This document shows, one piece after another, positions 32,233-47,555 of a DNA stretch of 64,000 nucleotides. Under the pieces are notes generated by a model. The model was given only the letters and a program-made list of their open reading frames with translations. It made no database searches and was not told the origin of the DNA. This DNA comes from the human T2T-CHM13v2.0 reference genome, Homo sapiens. The translations under genes and the position numbers were made by a program. The stretch is taken from NCBI RefSeq assembly GCF_009914755.1, contig NC_060940.1. One strand, given 5' to 3'. How positions within the stretch are numbered: position 1 is the stretch's first letter; the number at the start of each line of letters is the position of its first letter.

Positions 32233-33548
32233 AGACACCTAGACAAGGCTGTCTCCTTTACTGATGTGTTAAACACCTGGCCCCTTGTACATTCATCCTA
32301 TTTTTTCCCAAGGAATAAAAATAGCAAAGGAATTCGGAGTCAGCCCTTCTCTGTCCTCCAGCCCTTCTCCTTTCGGAGGAATTTCATCACTGGAGCAGAG
32401 CATTGAATTCATTCGAGTTGCAGGGAAATGTGATGTATTTCTTAAATCTGTGTCACCTGGCCGTGGAATCAGCCCAGCCAGGCTCGAAATGAGGCATTAA
32501 CTACATCCAAAGCTGTGTGATTAACTTATTTGTTTGCCGACAGAGCTCAAATGAAAAAGCAGGAAGCTGGGAGGATCTGCACGAGCCCCGTTTTGAAGTA
32601 GGATTGTGAGAAGACCCGAAGTGTGGGTTTTAGTTCACATTCCCTGGGCTTACCATTATTATTACTTTTAATGGAAAATAACTTTTCACAATCTTGCTTC
32701 GTTTTAAATGGAGAATGTGCAATATTGTCTAATTTAGGGTGTGGAGTTGATTCTGTATGCATGATTTTTCTTCCCCCGCCCGCCACCATCCTTGGATTCT
32801 TTGTACACATTCAATATAGTTACATTTTTGCTTAGAACATATATATTTTCCCCCGAACTTTTCTCGATTGCTTTTTTATCAGGTTTACAAATCAAATCAA
32901 ATAGGTATATTGCAGAGCTCTGCGATATTATTTTCTGAGCTTATAGTACAATGTATTGAATTATGCCAGCCCATGCTCTGCCCTGCTATTCTCTGCAGAC
33001 TGAGAGAGGGGGACCGTGGACCCTGTAAATTCACTCGGCGCCCAGCATTACTGGCTAAATCAAGACCGCTCTTCAGTCTGCAAGAAGAGACAGAGCAAGT
33101 GTTCGTTACACAAATCAATTTGGTCCAAAGTACTTCGCAGTGGGTACTCAACCATCGCTCACATAATATTGTCAACTTAATCAAATAATGCCTCGAAGAC
33201 ACTCAGAAGCTTTTCTCTCTGAGAAATAACTTGATTGGTGGAGGATGGAGCAGCAGCTGGCTCTTCAAAGTACACTTTTTATTTATCACTGTGAAGAGTT
33301 TTGTGCATGGAGGGGAGGAAGCCTGTAGGAAAGGAAAGAGGCTGAATAGTCAGTAGGCTGACTGTGGGGAGAATCATGCAGCATTCATGTCGTGTCTTGG
33401 GTGCTGGGTTTCTACACCGTGATGGTGAATTTGGGGATGCTCGTGGATGAAGCAGCAGCTGGGCCCAAATCATTAGTTTCCTGGAATGATTCAGGAAAGA
33501 CTTGCCGAGCGCCTACTATGTGTCATGGTAAGGGGCTTTTGATATAGT

Positions 33549-33681
33549 GCATCTGATACAGTGTTTATCCACGGGACGCTCATATTCTAGGAAGCATTTG
33601 ATATGGTGTTTAGTCATGGGGTGCTCATATTCTCGTAAGCATTTGATAGAGTGTTTATCCATAGGATGCTTATTCTAATAA
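33549..33681. repeat. Three-copy ~45-bp diverged tandem repeat
   Basis: Units start at 33549, 33594 and 33639 (gcat[c/t]tgata..gtgttta..ca..gg..gct..attct). Confidence 0.85.
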
Positions 33682-34581
33682 GAAAACCTGTCAGTGAGGG
33701 CTTAACAGAGGTCAACCCAGGACTCTAGTAGTTCAAACCACACAGCTGAAGCAGCCTGCTTTTGATTGCTTTTTAATTGGTTGGATGAGCTAGGGCCTCA
33801 TTCACCCACCTCACTGCTCTGTTTCCAGCCCAGACCTAGAACATAGGCAGTTAGGGTTTCTGTGAATCTTTACTCCTGTCTATATGTACTTTGCAGCTGC
33901 TCTACGTGCCTGCTCTTAGACTTTCCAGAGCATTTTCACCTTGACCTTGAAAGGCCATTCAGGAGCGAAAAGAGTTTAGGATACGGAATTAGATATCCTA
34001 AGTTCAAACCTTCCATCTCCTGGCTGTGTGACTTCGGACAGATCGCCTAACCTCTCTGAGCCTCAGTTTTCCCAGTTGTTATGGCGACTCGGTAAAATAA
34101 GGCATGGAAAACACCAGTGAGATGCTTAGCTCATGGTGGGACCTCAGCACAGTTTTCTTTTCCATCCTGTATCCCAGACCATTTAGCCAGTTTCACATTT
34201 TGCTTATAAACTACGAGTGGCATTCAGCATCAGTGATAGCCAGAATCCTTTGTCTTAACTCAGGATAGGGGAGAAGCAAAAGCCTTCCTCAGTGATCCTT
34301 TTCCACATCCAAGGGTGTCTATGTATCCTCCAGGGAGCTTGTGAACTTTCTGAAATCGTATGCAAAATTTAGGTGTATGTGCATTTTCCCCCCAAAAGGT
34401 GGTCCACAGTTTTCATAAAACCTTCAGTGTATCCATGAACAAAGAAATCGATTAAGAAACATGTATTTACAGAGTAAAGGGAAATACCACCCAAAAATAA
34501 TGGTATCAACAAAAGTCACAGCTGACAGCTACTGCTAATGGAACTGACTGCCTGAGCGACCCACTCTATAATTAAAGCTGG

Positions 34582-35410
34582 ATATATATATATCTCCCTA
34601 TATATGTATATCCATATATATCTCCCTATATATGTATATCCATATATATCCCTATATATATATCCATATATATATCCCTATATATATATCCATATATATA
34701 TCCCTATATAAATATCCATATATATATCCCTATATATATATCCATATATCCCTATATATATATCCCTATATATATCCCTATATATATCCCTATATATATC
34801 CCTATATATATATCCCTATATATCCTTATATATGGCCCTATATATATATATCTCCCTATATATGGCCCTATATATATATATCCCTATATATGGCCCTATA
34901 TATATATATCCCTATGTATGGCCCTATATATATATATCCCTATATATATATCCCTATGTATGGCCCTATATATATATATCGCTATGTATGGCCCTATATA
35001 TATATATCCCTATGTATGGCCCTATATATATATCCCTATGTATGGCCCTATATGTATATCCCTATATATGGCCCTATATATATATCCCTATATATGGCCC
35101 TATATATATATATATATATCCCTATATATGGCCCTATATATATATATCCCTATATATGGCCCTATATAGATATATATCCCTATATATAATCCCTATATAT
35201 ATATCCCTATATATAATCCCTATATATATATCCATATAACCCTATATATATCCCTCTCTATATATATCCATATGTATACCTATATATATCCCCATATATA
35301 TACCTATATATATCCCCATATATATACCTATATATATCCATATATATACCTCTCTATGTATGCATATGTATACCTATGTATATATATATCCATATATATG
35401 TATGGATACC
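34582..35410. repeat. TA-rich VNTR built from tccc(ta)n, tcca(ta)n, tggccc(ta)n and tacc(ta)n units
   Basis: Directly visible; produces the Y/I/P-rich spurious ORFs. Confidence 0.97.
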
Positions 35411-35544
35411 TAAAATTAAAGCTGGATATTTTTTACAGTATTGCCCAAGAAAAAACATTAAAATGCCAAATTTATTTCATTTAAAAATAGATGTATTTGA
35501 AACTTAGTTGACTCAATAATATTCCTCATTTCAAAGGATTCTAT

Positions 35545-36492
<948 letters not shown>

Positions 36493-36597
36493 ATTACGGT
36501 CATTGTCCTAGGGAAGACTTTCTTTCTCTACTTTCCTCCCTTTTAAACCCATTATCCGTTATCGCTTTTTCTTCCCCCAGCACACCATGGCTCTAAA

Positions 36598-37726
36598 ACA
36601 GGACCGTCCCATTGACAGTGATGAAAATGTTCTATACCTGTGCTTTCTGATGAGCGTGCAATAGTTTCCTTTTGCTGTCAGATGACTATACACCTAGTAA
36701 CTTCCACAACACAAGTATATTAGGTTACAGTTCTGGAGATCAGAAGTGTAGCATGGGAATCACCAGGTTTACAAGGATTGTAGCTGGCAGGATGATATTT
36801 CTATAGGCTCATAATTTGATCTTTCCCCATGCCTTTCCTGGCCCCTGAAGGCCACTGTCATTCTTGGGCTCATGGCCCCTTTCCCCATCTTCAAAATCAG
36901 TAATGGTGGGTTGAGTTTTTCTCACGGGGTGTTCACTCTGACATTGGGGGTTCTCTTCCATGCCACTGGCCTCTGTTTCACTTCTCAGGACCCTGGTGAT
37001 TATACAGGGCCCACACAGGTAATCCAGGATAATCTATTTTATGGTCATGTGATTAGCAACCTTAATTCTCCATTGCCATGTAAAGTATCCTATTCAAGAT
37101 TCCAGGTATTAGAACCTTAACATCTTTAAGGGGTCATTATGTTGTTTTCCACAGAAAGCCACCAACCACAGGTGTCTGTTGAGCACCTGAAATACAGCTA
37201 GTGAGGCCAGGTGTGGTGGCTCATGCCTGTAATCCCAACATTTTGGAGACCAAGGCAGAAGGATATCTTGAGCCTAGGAAGTTGGGATTGCAGTGAGCCT
37301 TGATCATTCCAGTCTTGGGAATGGGAGTGAGCGCCTCTGTCTCCAAAAAAAACAAAACAAAACAATACAGCTAGTGAACTTGATTTAACTTCAATTTAAA
37401 TGTAAGTACTGATACTTGATTGTTATTAGTTTGTTTGGGGGATCCTTCACATGTCATTTTTTCAAAGGCTAAATATAAATCAAGTATTTCCAATGACAAT
37501 TCAGTTTCCATATGGAGATGTGTAAAATACAAGATTTCAAAGACATCCTCCAAAAAGAAAAGAATATAAAATATCTTTTACATGATAGCATGTTGAAATA
37601 ATATCCTTAATAAATTGGGTTAAAATGAACGTTCTTAAAATTTTACTTTTTTTTTTTTTTTAAAAAGTGACTTCTAAGAATTCTAAAATGACGTATATCA
37701 CTTACATTTTATTTTACAAGACAGGC
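36598..37726. mobile_element. MER3/MER33 (Charlie5-type) relic carrying a nested MLT1 LTR (~36655-37155, minus) and an Alu monomer (37205-37363)
   Basis: gatgaaaatgttctatacctgtgct resumes at agccaccaaccacaggtgtctgttgagcacctgaaat; the monomer has a perfect TSD aatacagctagtga. Confidence 0.6.
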
Positions 37727-38123
37727 TTCTCTAAAGTCCTTCACCAGCATCCTTGAGCTATATCTAATGCTGTGTGATGAGTGCATGTATTTTTCATTTC
37801 CATCAAATAGAATTTGCTACAGTTCTTATTTTATTTCTAATTATCCCCTCTCCCCTACTGAGCACAGAACTTCAACATCTCTAATTTCTGTCTGTATTCT
37901 GATTTCTACTGACAACTTCATGGTGGTATCATCTACCACATTTTACTCAACCGAAACTGGATGAGTAAGGACTGCCACCAGTACCCTGGACCCACAGACA
38001 ACCCTGAGATAGAAGTCATTTATCTACGCTTGCAGCTAGGCTCAGAAGGATGTACATAGCTGGACTAGTGATGAAACTAGAGTTTTATTGCAGAGCTACC
38101 TAGCCATAAATATTCCTTCCCTG

Positions 38124-38705
38124 AATGTACATTAGCTCAACCATTGTGGAAAACAGTGTGGTGATTCCTCAAATACCTGGAACCAGAAATACCATTTTAC
38201 CTGGCAATCCAATTTCTGGGTATATACCAAAGGAATATAAATCATTCTGTTACAGACACACATACACATGTATGTTCACTGCAGCACTATTCACAATAGC
38301 AAAGACATGGAATCAACTCAAATGCCCATCAATGATAGATTAAAGAAAATGTGGTACATATACACCGTGAAATACTATGTAGCCATGAAAGGGAAGAAGA
38401 TTATGTTCTTTGCAAGGACAGTGGATGGAGCTGGAAGCTTTATACTCAGCAAACTGATGCAGGAACAGAAAACCGAACACTGCATGTTCTCACTCATAAG
38501 TGGGAGCAGGACAGTGAGAACACATGGACACAGGGAGGGGAACAACACACACTGGGGGAAGGGGCGAAGGGAGAGCATCAGGATAAATAGCTAATGCATG
38601 CGGGGCTTATTACTTAGGTGATGGGTGCAGCAAATCACCATGGCACACGTTTACTTATGTAACAAACCTGCACATGTACTCCAGAACTTAAGGAAGAAAA
38701 AAAAA
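38124..38705 (+). mobile_element. 5'-truncated primate L1 (ORF2 C-terminal relic plus 3' UTR)
   Basis: ORF 38125..38343 contains CMFTAALFTIAKTWNQLKCP (L1 ORF2 C-terminus); TSD tccttccctg at 38114 and 38706. Confidence 0.9.
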
Positions 38706-39184
38706 TCCTTCCCTGTGCTTCTGTACCCACTTACCTGGTCATCACTAGAAGATGCCACGCAGGTGGCCTCAGTCTTGTCTCCCTAGGGTCAGACAGAGGA
38801 AACCCCAGGAGGGGGACAGAATCCAAAAGGCATGTATCTCTACACGACTATGCATTTTCTCTCCAACAGTCATCCCTGGATTGGTCGATATCAAAATCCA
38901 ATTTCACCAGGATTAGTCTCGGGTTGCTCAGAGCTATTCATTGAATTAGGAACGATTATAGCAGAGGGAGCCCCGTGGTTCTTTATTAAGGTCTTTGTGG
39001 AAGCACTAAGTGATCTTCAGGAGATTAAAGTGCCAGTGGTGTTTTCTTAACATTTATAACCTGCGCCGATACCTGGGGAGTTTGTTTATTAAGAAAAATT
39101 CTGCCGCACAGATCCCGCCTCCTAATAAGGCCTTCACACTGGGCCCGGGTAGAAGCTGGCATTGTGGTCCTAATGAGCTTATCA

Positions 39185-39669
<485 letters not shown>

Positions 39670-40040
39670 TTATACAAGGGACTTAACCATTCACAAAGAC
39701 TTGGATGTAATTTCACTCTAAAGCATCCAGGACAAGTATACATTTATCATTTTATGTATATGCAAATGGAGATCCAGAGACATGAAGTGAGCAGACTTGC
39801 AGGTCGCTCATGGTAAGGCTTAGTCATTTACGCTGCAGATATTTACTGAGAACTTACCACGGACTCCAGGTCAGCAGTTTCAAGTGGTACAGTTTTGCCT
39901 CCCAGGAGACATTTGAATCCCAGGAGATATTTTTTGTTCCAACTCACGGGTAGGCGACTGGCATGTGGTGGGTGGAGGCCAGTGATGCTGTTGAACATTC
40001 TGCAGTGCACAGGATGATCCACCCATCAAAAATAATAATA

Positions 40041-40545
<505 letters not shown>

Positions 40546-41033
40546 TCAAGGGGAGAGAGAGTGCTGGTGCAGAGTTGCTGTAGATCATAGGGCCAGTGAA
40601 GGTTTCTCCAATGGGTGACACCTGGGCAGAGATTGTATCGGCAAGAGGGCAAGCTACAGGTGGTGTCCCAGGGAAAGAGTCTTCCAGGCAAAGGGCAGAA
40701 TGAATGCAAAGACCGAAGATGGGGTCAGGAAAAGCAAAGAGGCCAACAAGCGACAATGGGAGACAGGCAGCAGGCAAAGTGGGAGGCAGTCACAGCCGAG
40801 AACACTGAACCTTATAGACCTAGAGAGCCAATGACGATCCAGGTTGGAGACCACTGAGAAGGGGGTGTCCCTGGCCACTTTCCCGTCCACCTCTAACATC
40901 CTTACTTTACTGACTGCCCTCAATTTCCTCCATTCTCTGAATTTTCTGCATGGCTATGTCCTACCTTCTGATCTGCCAAATATGGTAATGTCCATTCAGG
41001 TAGGTCTCACTTTAGAGCCAAACATAACTTTTA

Positions 41034-41370
<337 letters not shown>

Positions 41371-41778
41371 CTAAGCTTTGATGTGCTACAGCTTTAGGAA
41401 CTATAACTATGAATTCCGTAGCCACTGCCCTTCAGGAATGTGCATTCTAGATGGTTTGTCCTATTAGCAAGTTTCCTAGCTTTTTCACATTTTCTTTTCC
41501 TTAGGAATTACACACTATGCTTTTGTCATAACGTTCAGCAAGCTTCTCAGGGATGCTATAATGACTTCTCAAGTTGAATGAGGCACACTAGTAGGTACTG
41601 GGAACATACAGGCAGCATGTCTGTCCTTGAGTGTTGATGGCCTTTCAAGAGGCTGATGAAAGGCTTTCCAGCCAGGCGTCATTGCATCCAGGGCCATGAT
41701 CGAAGGCCACTGGGGAGAGTGGGCTGGAGAGAGGAAGACTTAAGTGTTCTCTTTGGAGAGTCTCATTGAAGTGACACC

Positions 41779-42286
41779 TGTATCAGGGTTCTCTAGAGGG
41801 AAAGAACTAATAAAATAGATGTTTATGTAAAGGGGAATTTATTAAGGAGTATTGACTCACACGATCACAAGGTGAAGTCCCACAATAGGCCCTCTGTAAG
41901 CTGAGGAGCAAGGAAGTCAGGCTGGGTCCCAAAACCTCAAAAGTAGGGAAGCCAACAGTACAGCCTTCAGTCTGTGGTCGAAGGTCCAAGAGTCCAAAAG
42001 CTGAAGAACTTGGAGTCCCATGTTCGAGGGCAGGAAGCATCCAGCATGGGGGAGAGTTGTAGGCTGGAAGACTCAGCCAGTCTAGTCTTTGCATGTTCCT
42101 TTGCCTACTTTTATCCTAGGCGTGTTGGCAGGTGATCAGATGGGGCCCACCCAGATTGAGGGTGGGTTGGCCAGTCCACTGACTTGAATGTTTATCTCCT
42201 TTGGCAGCACACTAACAGACACACCCAGGACCAATACTTTGCATCCTTCAATCCAATCAAGTTGACACTCAGTGTTAACCGTCACA
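41779..42286 (-). mobile_element. MLT2A-like (ERVL) solo LTR
   Basis: Homologous to 16947-17441; TG..CA ends; near-TSD acacc/actcc. Confidence 0.88.
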
Positions 42287-42469
42287 ACTCCTATTGACAG
42301 ATGACAGCCTGGCAGGAACATTCATTCCTCCTTCTCCTAGACCTGCTTTGAGGCCACTCATCTTGAGAACTTCGTGCTGCCTGAAGTGGTGGAGGACGCA
42401 TTGCCTCCTGGATAACAGCTGCTTGTTTGTACTGCATACACCTTTGCTTTATATGTTTGGTGGAGAGAT

Positions 42470-43215
<746 letters not shown>

Positions 43216-43417
43216 GACATAAAACGCTGGCTGGTTCTAAATATGTTTTCCCCGGAAGGTCCCAGAAAAAAGAGAAAGAAAAGAGATCACACTCAGTGGA
43301 GGGCTTTGTGATGATCTCTAACCCCAACATGCGTTAGGCTCTGAGGTAGCTGCTCTGTCATCTCCTGCTGCATTTCATCCTTCCCACTATCCTGTGAGCT
43401 TAGTACCATTAGTGTCC

Positions 43418-43707
43418 TTTTTGTTTTTGTTTTAGAGGCAGAGTCTTGCTCCATTGCCCAGGCTGGAGTGCAGTGGCATGATCTTCCCTCACTGCAGCCT
43501 TGATCTCCTGGGCTCCAGCCATCTCCCACCTCGGTCTCCCAAGTAGCTGGGATGGCAGGCACATGGCCATGATCAGCTATTCTTTTTTTTTTTTAATTTA
43601 TTTAGTGGAGACAGGGTCTCACTATGTTGCAGGCTGGTGTCAAATGATCCTCCCACCTTAGCCTGCCAAAGTGCTGGGATTACAGGCATGAGCCACTGCA
43701 CCTAGCC
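43418..43707 (-). mobile_element. Alu (AluJ-like)
   Basis: Reverse-complement Alu. Confidence 0.9.
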
Positions 43708-45101
43708 CCATTACCCCATTAATGTCCTTTGATGGAAAAGTAAAGTGAAGGTCAGAGAAGAAAAGTGACCTGCCTAAGATTAGCAAATAACAGGGATGGT
43801 CTGTGTGATTCCAAAACCCTGGTTCATTGTGCTGCATCCCACCATATAAAAGGCATGCAGGCTGAAAGAGATTTCCTTTTTCTGTTGTTTTATTCACTCC
43901 TCAACCTCTACTTCCTAACACTCTTCTTTTTCCCTTTCCATACACCCACAATGACCTGAAACACTTTTGGCTTACTTTTTTATTTTGCATGCTTTAAGGA
44001 TTCTTTTTAATACACAGGTATTTCTCCATAACAGTTTATACGCATTTGTATATAAGCATACACTACAAAATGATTAATTGAGCGTTGTATGTTTTTATCA
44101 AAGGAAACAATGCAAAGATTTCTCCAAAGTGCTGTTTGACTAGAGATGATTAATTTTAATTTTCACATGAGCGGTATAATGCTATTAATCATTTAATATG
44201 TTTAATCATAATCTCTGTAATTCCTAATTAGGTTCATTAAACTGAAACATCCAGCAGTTATACACAAATCCAAATCTATGTTTCCTTCTCAGGATAAGAA
44301 GGAGCTCATTTTGTTTTTGCATTGAAACGGGAACTTCTAACAGGATGGAAGAGAATGGACTGGAAGCTTAGGGTTTCAGCTACAGCATCTGTAAACTCCG
44401 AGTCTGGGTGTAGAGTACTAAAACCCCTTAACTTCTGAAAAGTGACAGTTGCAGGATTCGAGCTCATTTCTGTGTCATGGACGTGGCACCAAACCTCGTA
44501 TTCTCAGCGGAGAAAACGCAAATTCTGCTCTGTTTGGGTTTCAGTGTTACAGTGTTGCTCTTCGACTATCACATGAAGGCGGCGACATTGATTGTACACT
44601 TCTTCATGCATTTGTTTATTCGTGTACTAATAATTCATTCGGTCAGTGAGTGAGCCAACTGTTAAACAGACATTTATCATTTGTGTTACAAGCTGGTCAT
44701 ACCACACTCCTGCTGTGACCCTTAGGTGGCTCCTTATTGCTCTTAGGATGAAGCTCAGACTCTTGCTTTGCACAGTGTCCTTTGATCTAGCCCCTTGACT
44801 ATCTTTGAAACCTGTCCTCCTGCCTTCCCTTCATACATGCCTCATCTGACCAGTGGTGCTGGAGTCCACACATACTCTCCTGAATCCAAGACATCATTTC
44901 ACATCTCTGCACATCTGCACATGCACTGCCCTGTCTTGGAATAGCCTCAGTCCTTTTCACCTCTTCTCTTAGACATCTCCCACTTAACGTTTAACCTCCA
45001 GAATTGGCAAGCCTGGCTGAACCTCCAGCAGTGTCATATGACCTTGATTTAAGGTTACTCAGCCCTTTGTGATTGCCTCTTATCCCAACATTTACCAGTC
45101 T

Positions 45102-45398
45102 CTGGGGATGGTGGCTCACGCCTGTAGTCCCAGTGCTTTGGGAGGCAGAGGCAGAGGCAGGAGGATCACTTGAGGCCAGAGGTTCAAGACCAGCCTGGGC
45201 AACTTAGTGTGACCCAGGCTCTGCAAATAAAAATTAGCTGGGTGTAATGGCTCGTGCCTGTAATCCTAGCTACTTGGAAGGCTGATGTGGCAAGATTGAG
45301 CCCAGGATTTCAAGGCTTCAGTGAGCCGTGATTGTGCCATGGCATTCCAGCCTGAGTGACAGAGCAAGACCCAACTCCAAGAAAACAACAACAAAAGA
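45102..45398 (+). mobile_element. Alu (AluJ-like)
   Basis: Diverged dimeric Alu. Confidence 0.9.
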
Positions 45399-46475
45399 CA
45401 ATGACAAAATGATTCTATTTATGATTGTTTTTCTCTATTGGTGTCATGCACTAAAGTTGGAATTGCATGTGACAAGGAGGGCTGATTTATGTGTCCAACA
45501 CAAAGCAGTTGCTCAGTAAAGATGTGTAAACACTTTAAAAATAAGCAAATGAAAACCTTTCCTTCGTGTTTCTCAAAGGAGGTTTATTTCTCTTTTTGGT
45601 ATTTAAAAAACTTGCCATCATTCTAAACATTTCGTCACTTTCCATTTATTGAATACATACCAGGAACTTGGCCAAGTTAGCACACATTAATCAATCACAA
45701 AGCCTCAAAAGGTATGAACTCATTATTCTTTATTTACCAGTTAAGAAAATGACCACTGTACTGCTTCCTATTCAATCCAACAGTATAGGCAAAATGACTA
45801 AATACATTGTCTAAATACATGACTTGCACTTAAAAGCTGAAGTCAACTGGTAGGTCTTTTGATACCAGAGCATCTTGGAAGAATGGTTTGCCAGCTAACA
45901 AGATGTCTTTATTTCAAAATGCGATTCAGGGTGTGTTAGGAAGGAAAATGCAAATGAAACCTTCCAGTACATACCAGGGCTGATGAGAAACTTGCTAATT
46001 ATGCCCATGTTATCTGAGTGTTTGTTTTGTATTTCACTTTGTAAGATTGTCTTCTCTCGGTCGTTATTATTTTACACCTGGCTGCCTACATTGATAGTTT
46101 TGTCCCAATTATGTACTTCTAGATTGCTTATAAACAGGTCAGGATGATTCCTCACTCATAAATTTGATAGGCTTCTGTGTAAGCTTTCTATCATAGTTTC
46201 AAAGTTGGTATCTGATGTGGATGGCATTTACTGCCAGCTGGAGGCAATAGTTGCTAATTGCAGAGAAAGTATCAAATGCTAAATGTCTGAAATGTTAAAA
46301 CTCTAGAACCGAGAGTATGGCAGTGGCTATAATGATACCTAATGTGACTGTGACTTTTCCCCTCGTTCCTGCCAAATATGTGGGTGTCAATGTAACGTCA
46401 TGTTATACAGCCTTATTTGGAAGACAGGGGAGGTGAAACAATCAGTTATGCTGATGATGTTACATGGTCTAGGCA

Positions 46476-46660
46476 AACAGAGCACAACAGCACTTTCTGC
46501 AGAGATGGAAACGTTCTGTATTTGCATTATTCAGTATGGAAGCAATAACTACATGTGGTTCTTGAGCGCTTGAAATGCAGCTAATGCAAACAAAGTTAAA
46601 TATCTTGTTTTAATTCAGTTAAATGTAAATTGTCACATGTGGTCAACTGTAGTGGACAGC
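46476..46660. mobile_element. MER3-like hAT MITE
   Basis: actttctgcagagatggaaacgttctgtatttgc ... acatgtggttcttgagcgcttgaaatgcagcta ... gtagtggacagc. Confidence 0.7.
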
Positions 46661-46899
46661 AAAAGTTTGTACAATTAGAACCTCAAAAGAATAAGTCAAT
46701 CAGCTGGTTATTTGAACTCCAGAATGCCAACTAGTCTTTTCACATTTTTTACATTTAATTATGTTTTATCTGCACAATTACCTGAACAATTATGTAGGCA
46801 TATCTTCAGATTCTGAACAGCGTCGGTTAAGAAATACACACTGTCCTGCCTTTAAAGATTATTACCCCCTTCTTGATGAGGTTCTCGCTCCCCACCTCC

Positions 46900-47130
46900 C
46901 AACCCCAGCAGCTCCCAGTCCCCTTCCTTTGCTTTTTCTAGCCTATAGTGCTTTTCTCTGTCTGCCAACACTCTATCTATGGATTTATTGTCTGTGTTGC
47001 CCTCATGAGAATGATGCTCCCTGAGGGCAGGGATTTTTGTCTGCTTTTCCCACTGCCTAATCCCAGATTCATAATGAGCACCCAGTGGACGCTCAGAAAA
47101 CACTTGCTGAATGAATGCATGCATGCATGC
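46900..47130 (+). mobile_element. L2 3' end
   Basis: gctccctgagggcagggatttttgtctgctttt ... gctcagaaaacacttgctgaatgaatg. Confidence 0.7.
47116..47129 (+). promoter_or_regulatory. Three overlapping TGCATG motifs (candidate RBFOX site cluster)
   Basis: tgcatgcatgcatg, 133-146 nt upstream of the 144-nt exon. Confidence 0.5.
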
Positions 47131-47261
47131 GTCAGCATTTTCTTCCCTTCTCAGATTGCTTAGTTCTGATCTTTTCCTGCCACTCATGGCAAGCAAAAGA
47201 GCATCGGAAGAGAGCACTGTGGTCCACTGAGAACCTCTTCGGTTTCTTCTTGTTCTTTTAG

Positions 47262-47555
<294 letters not shown>

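Noticed and set aside
33549-33681. CRISPR-like array
   Set aside because: Eukaryotic DNA, contiguous diverged units, and no unique spacers.
34632-35484. Long Y/I/P-rich ORFs (up to 185 aa)
   Set aside because: They are translations of the TA-rich VNTR, open in several frames at once, and are not a gene.
38125-38594. ORFs resembling L1 ORF2
   Set aside because: A frameshifted, 5'-truncated L1 relic that is not functional.
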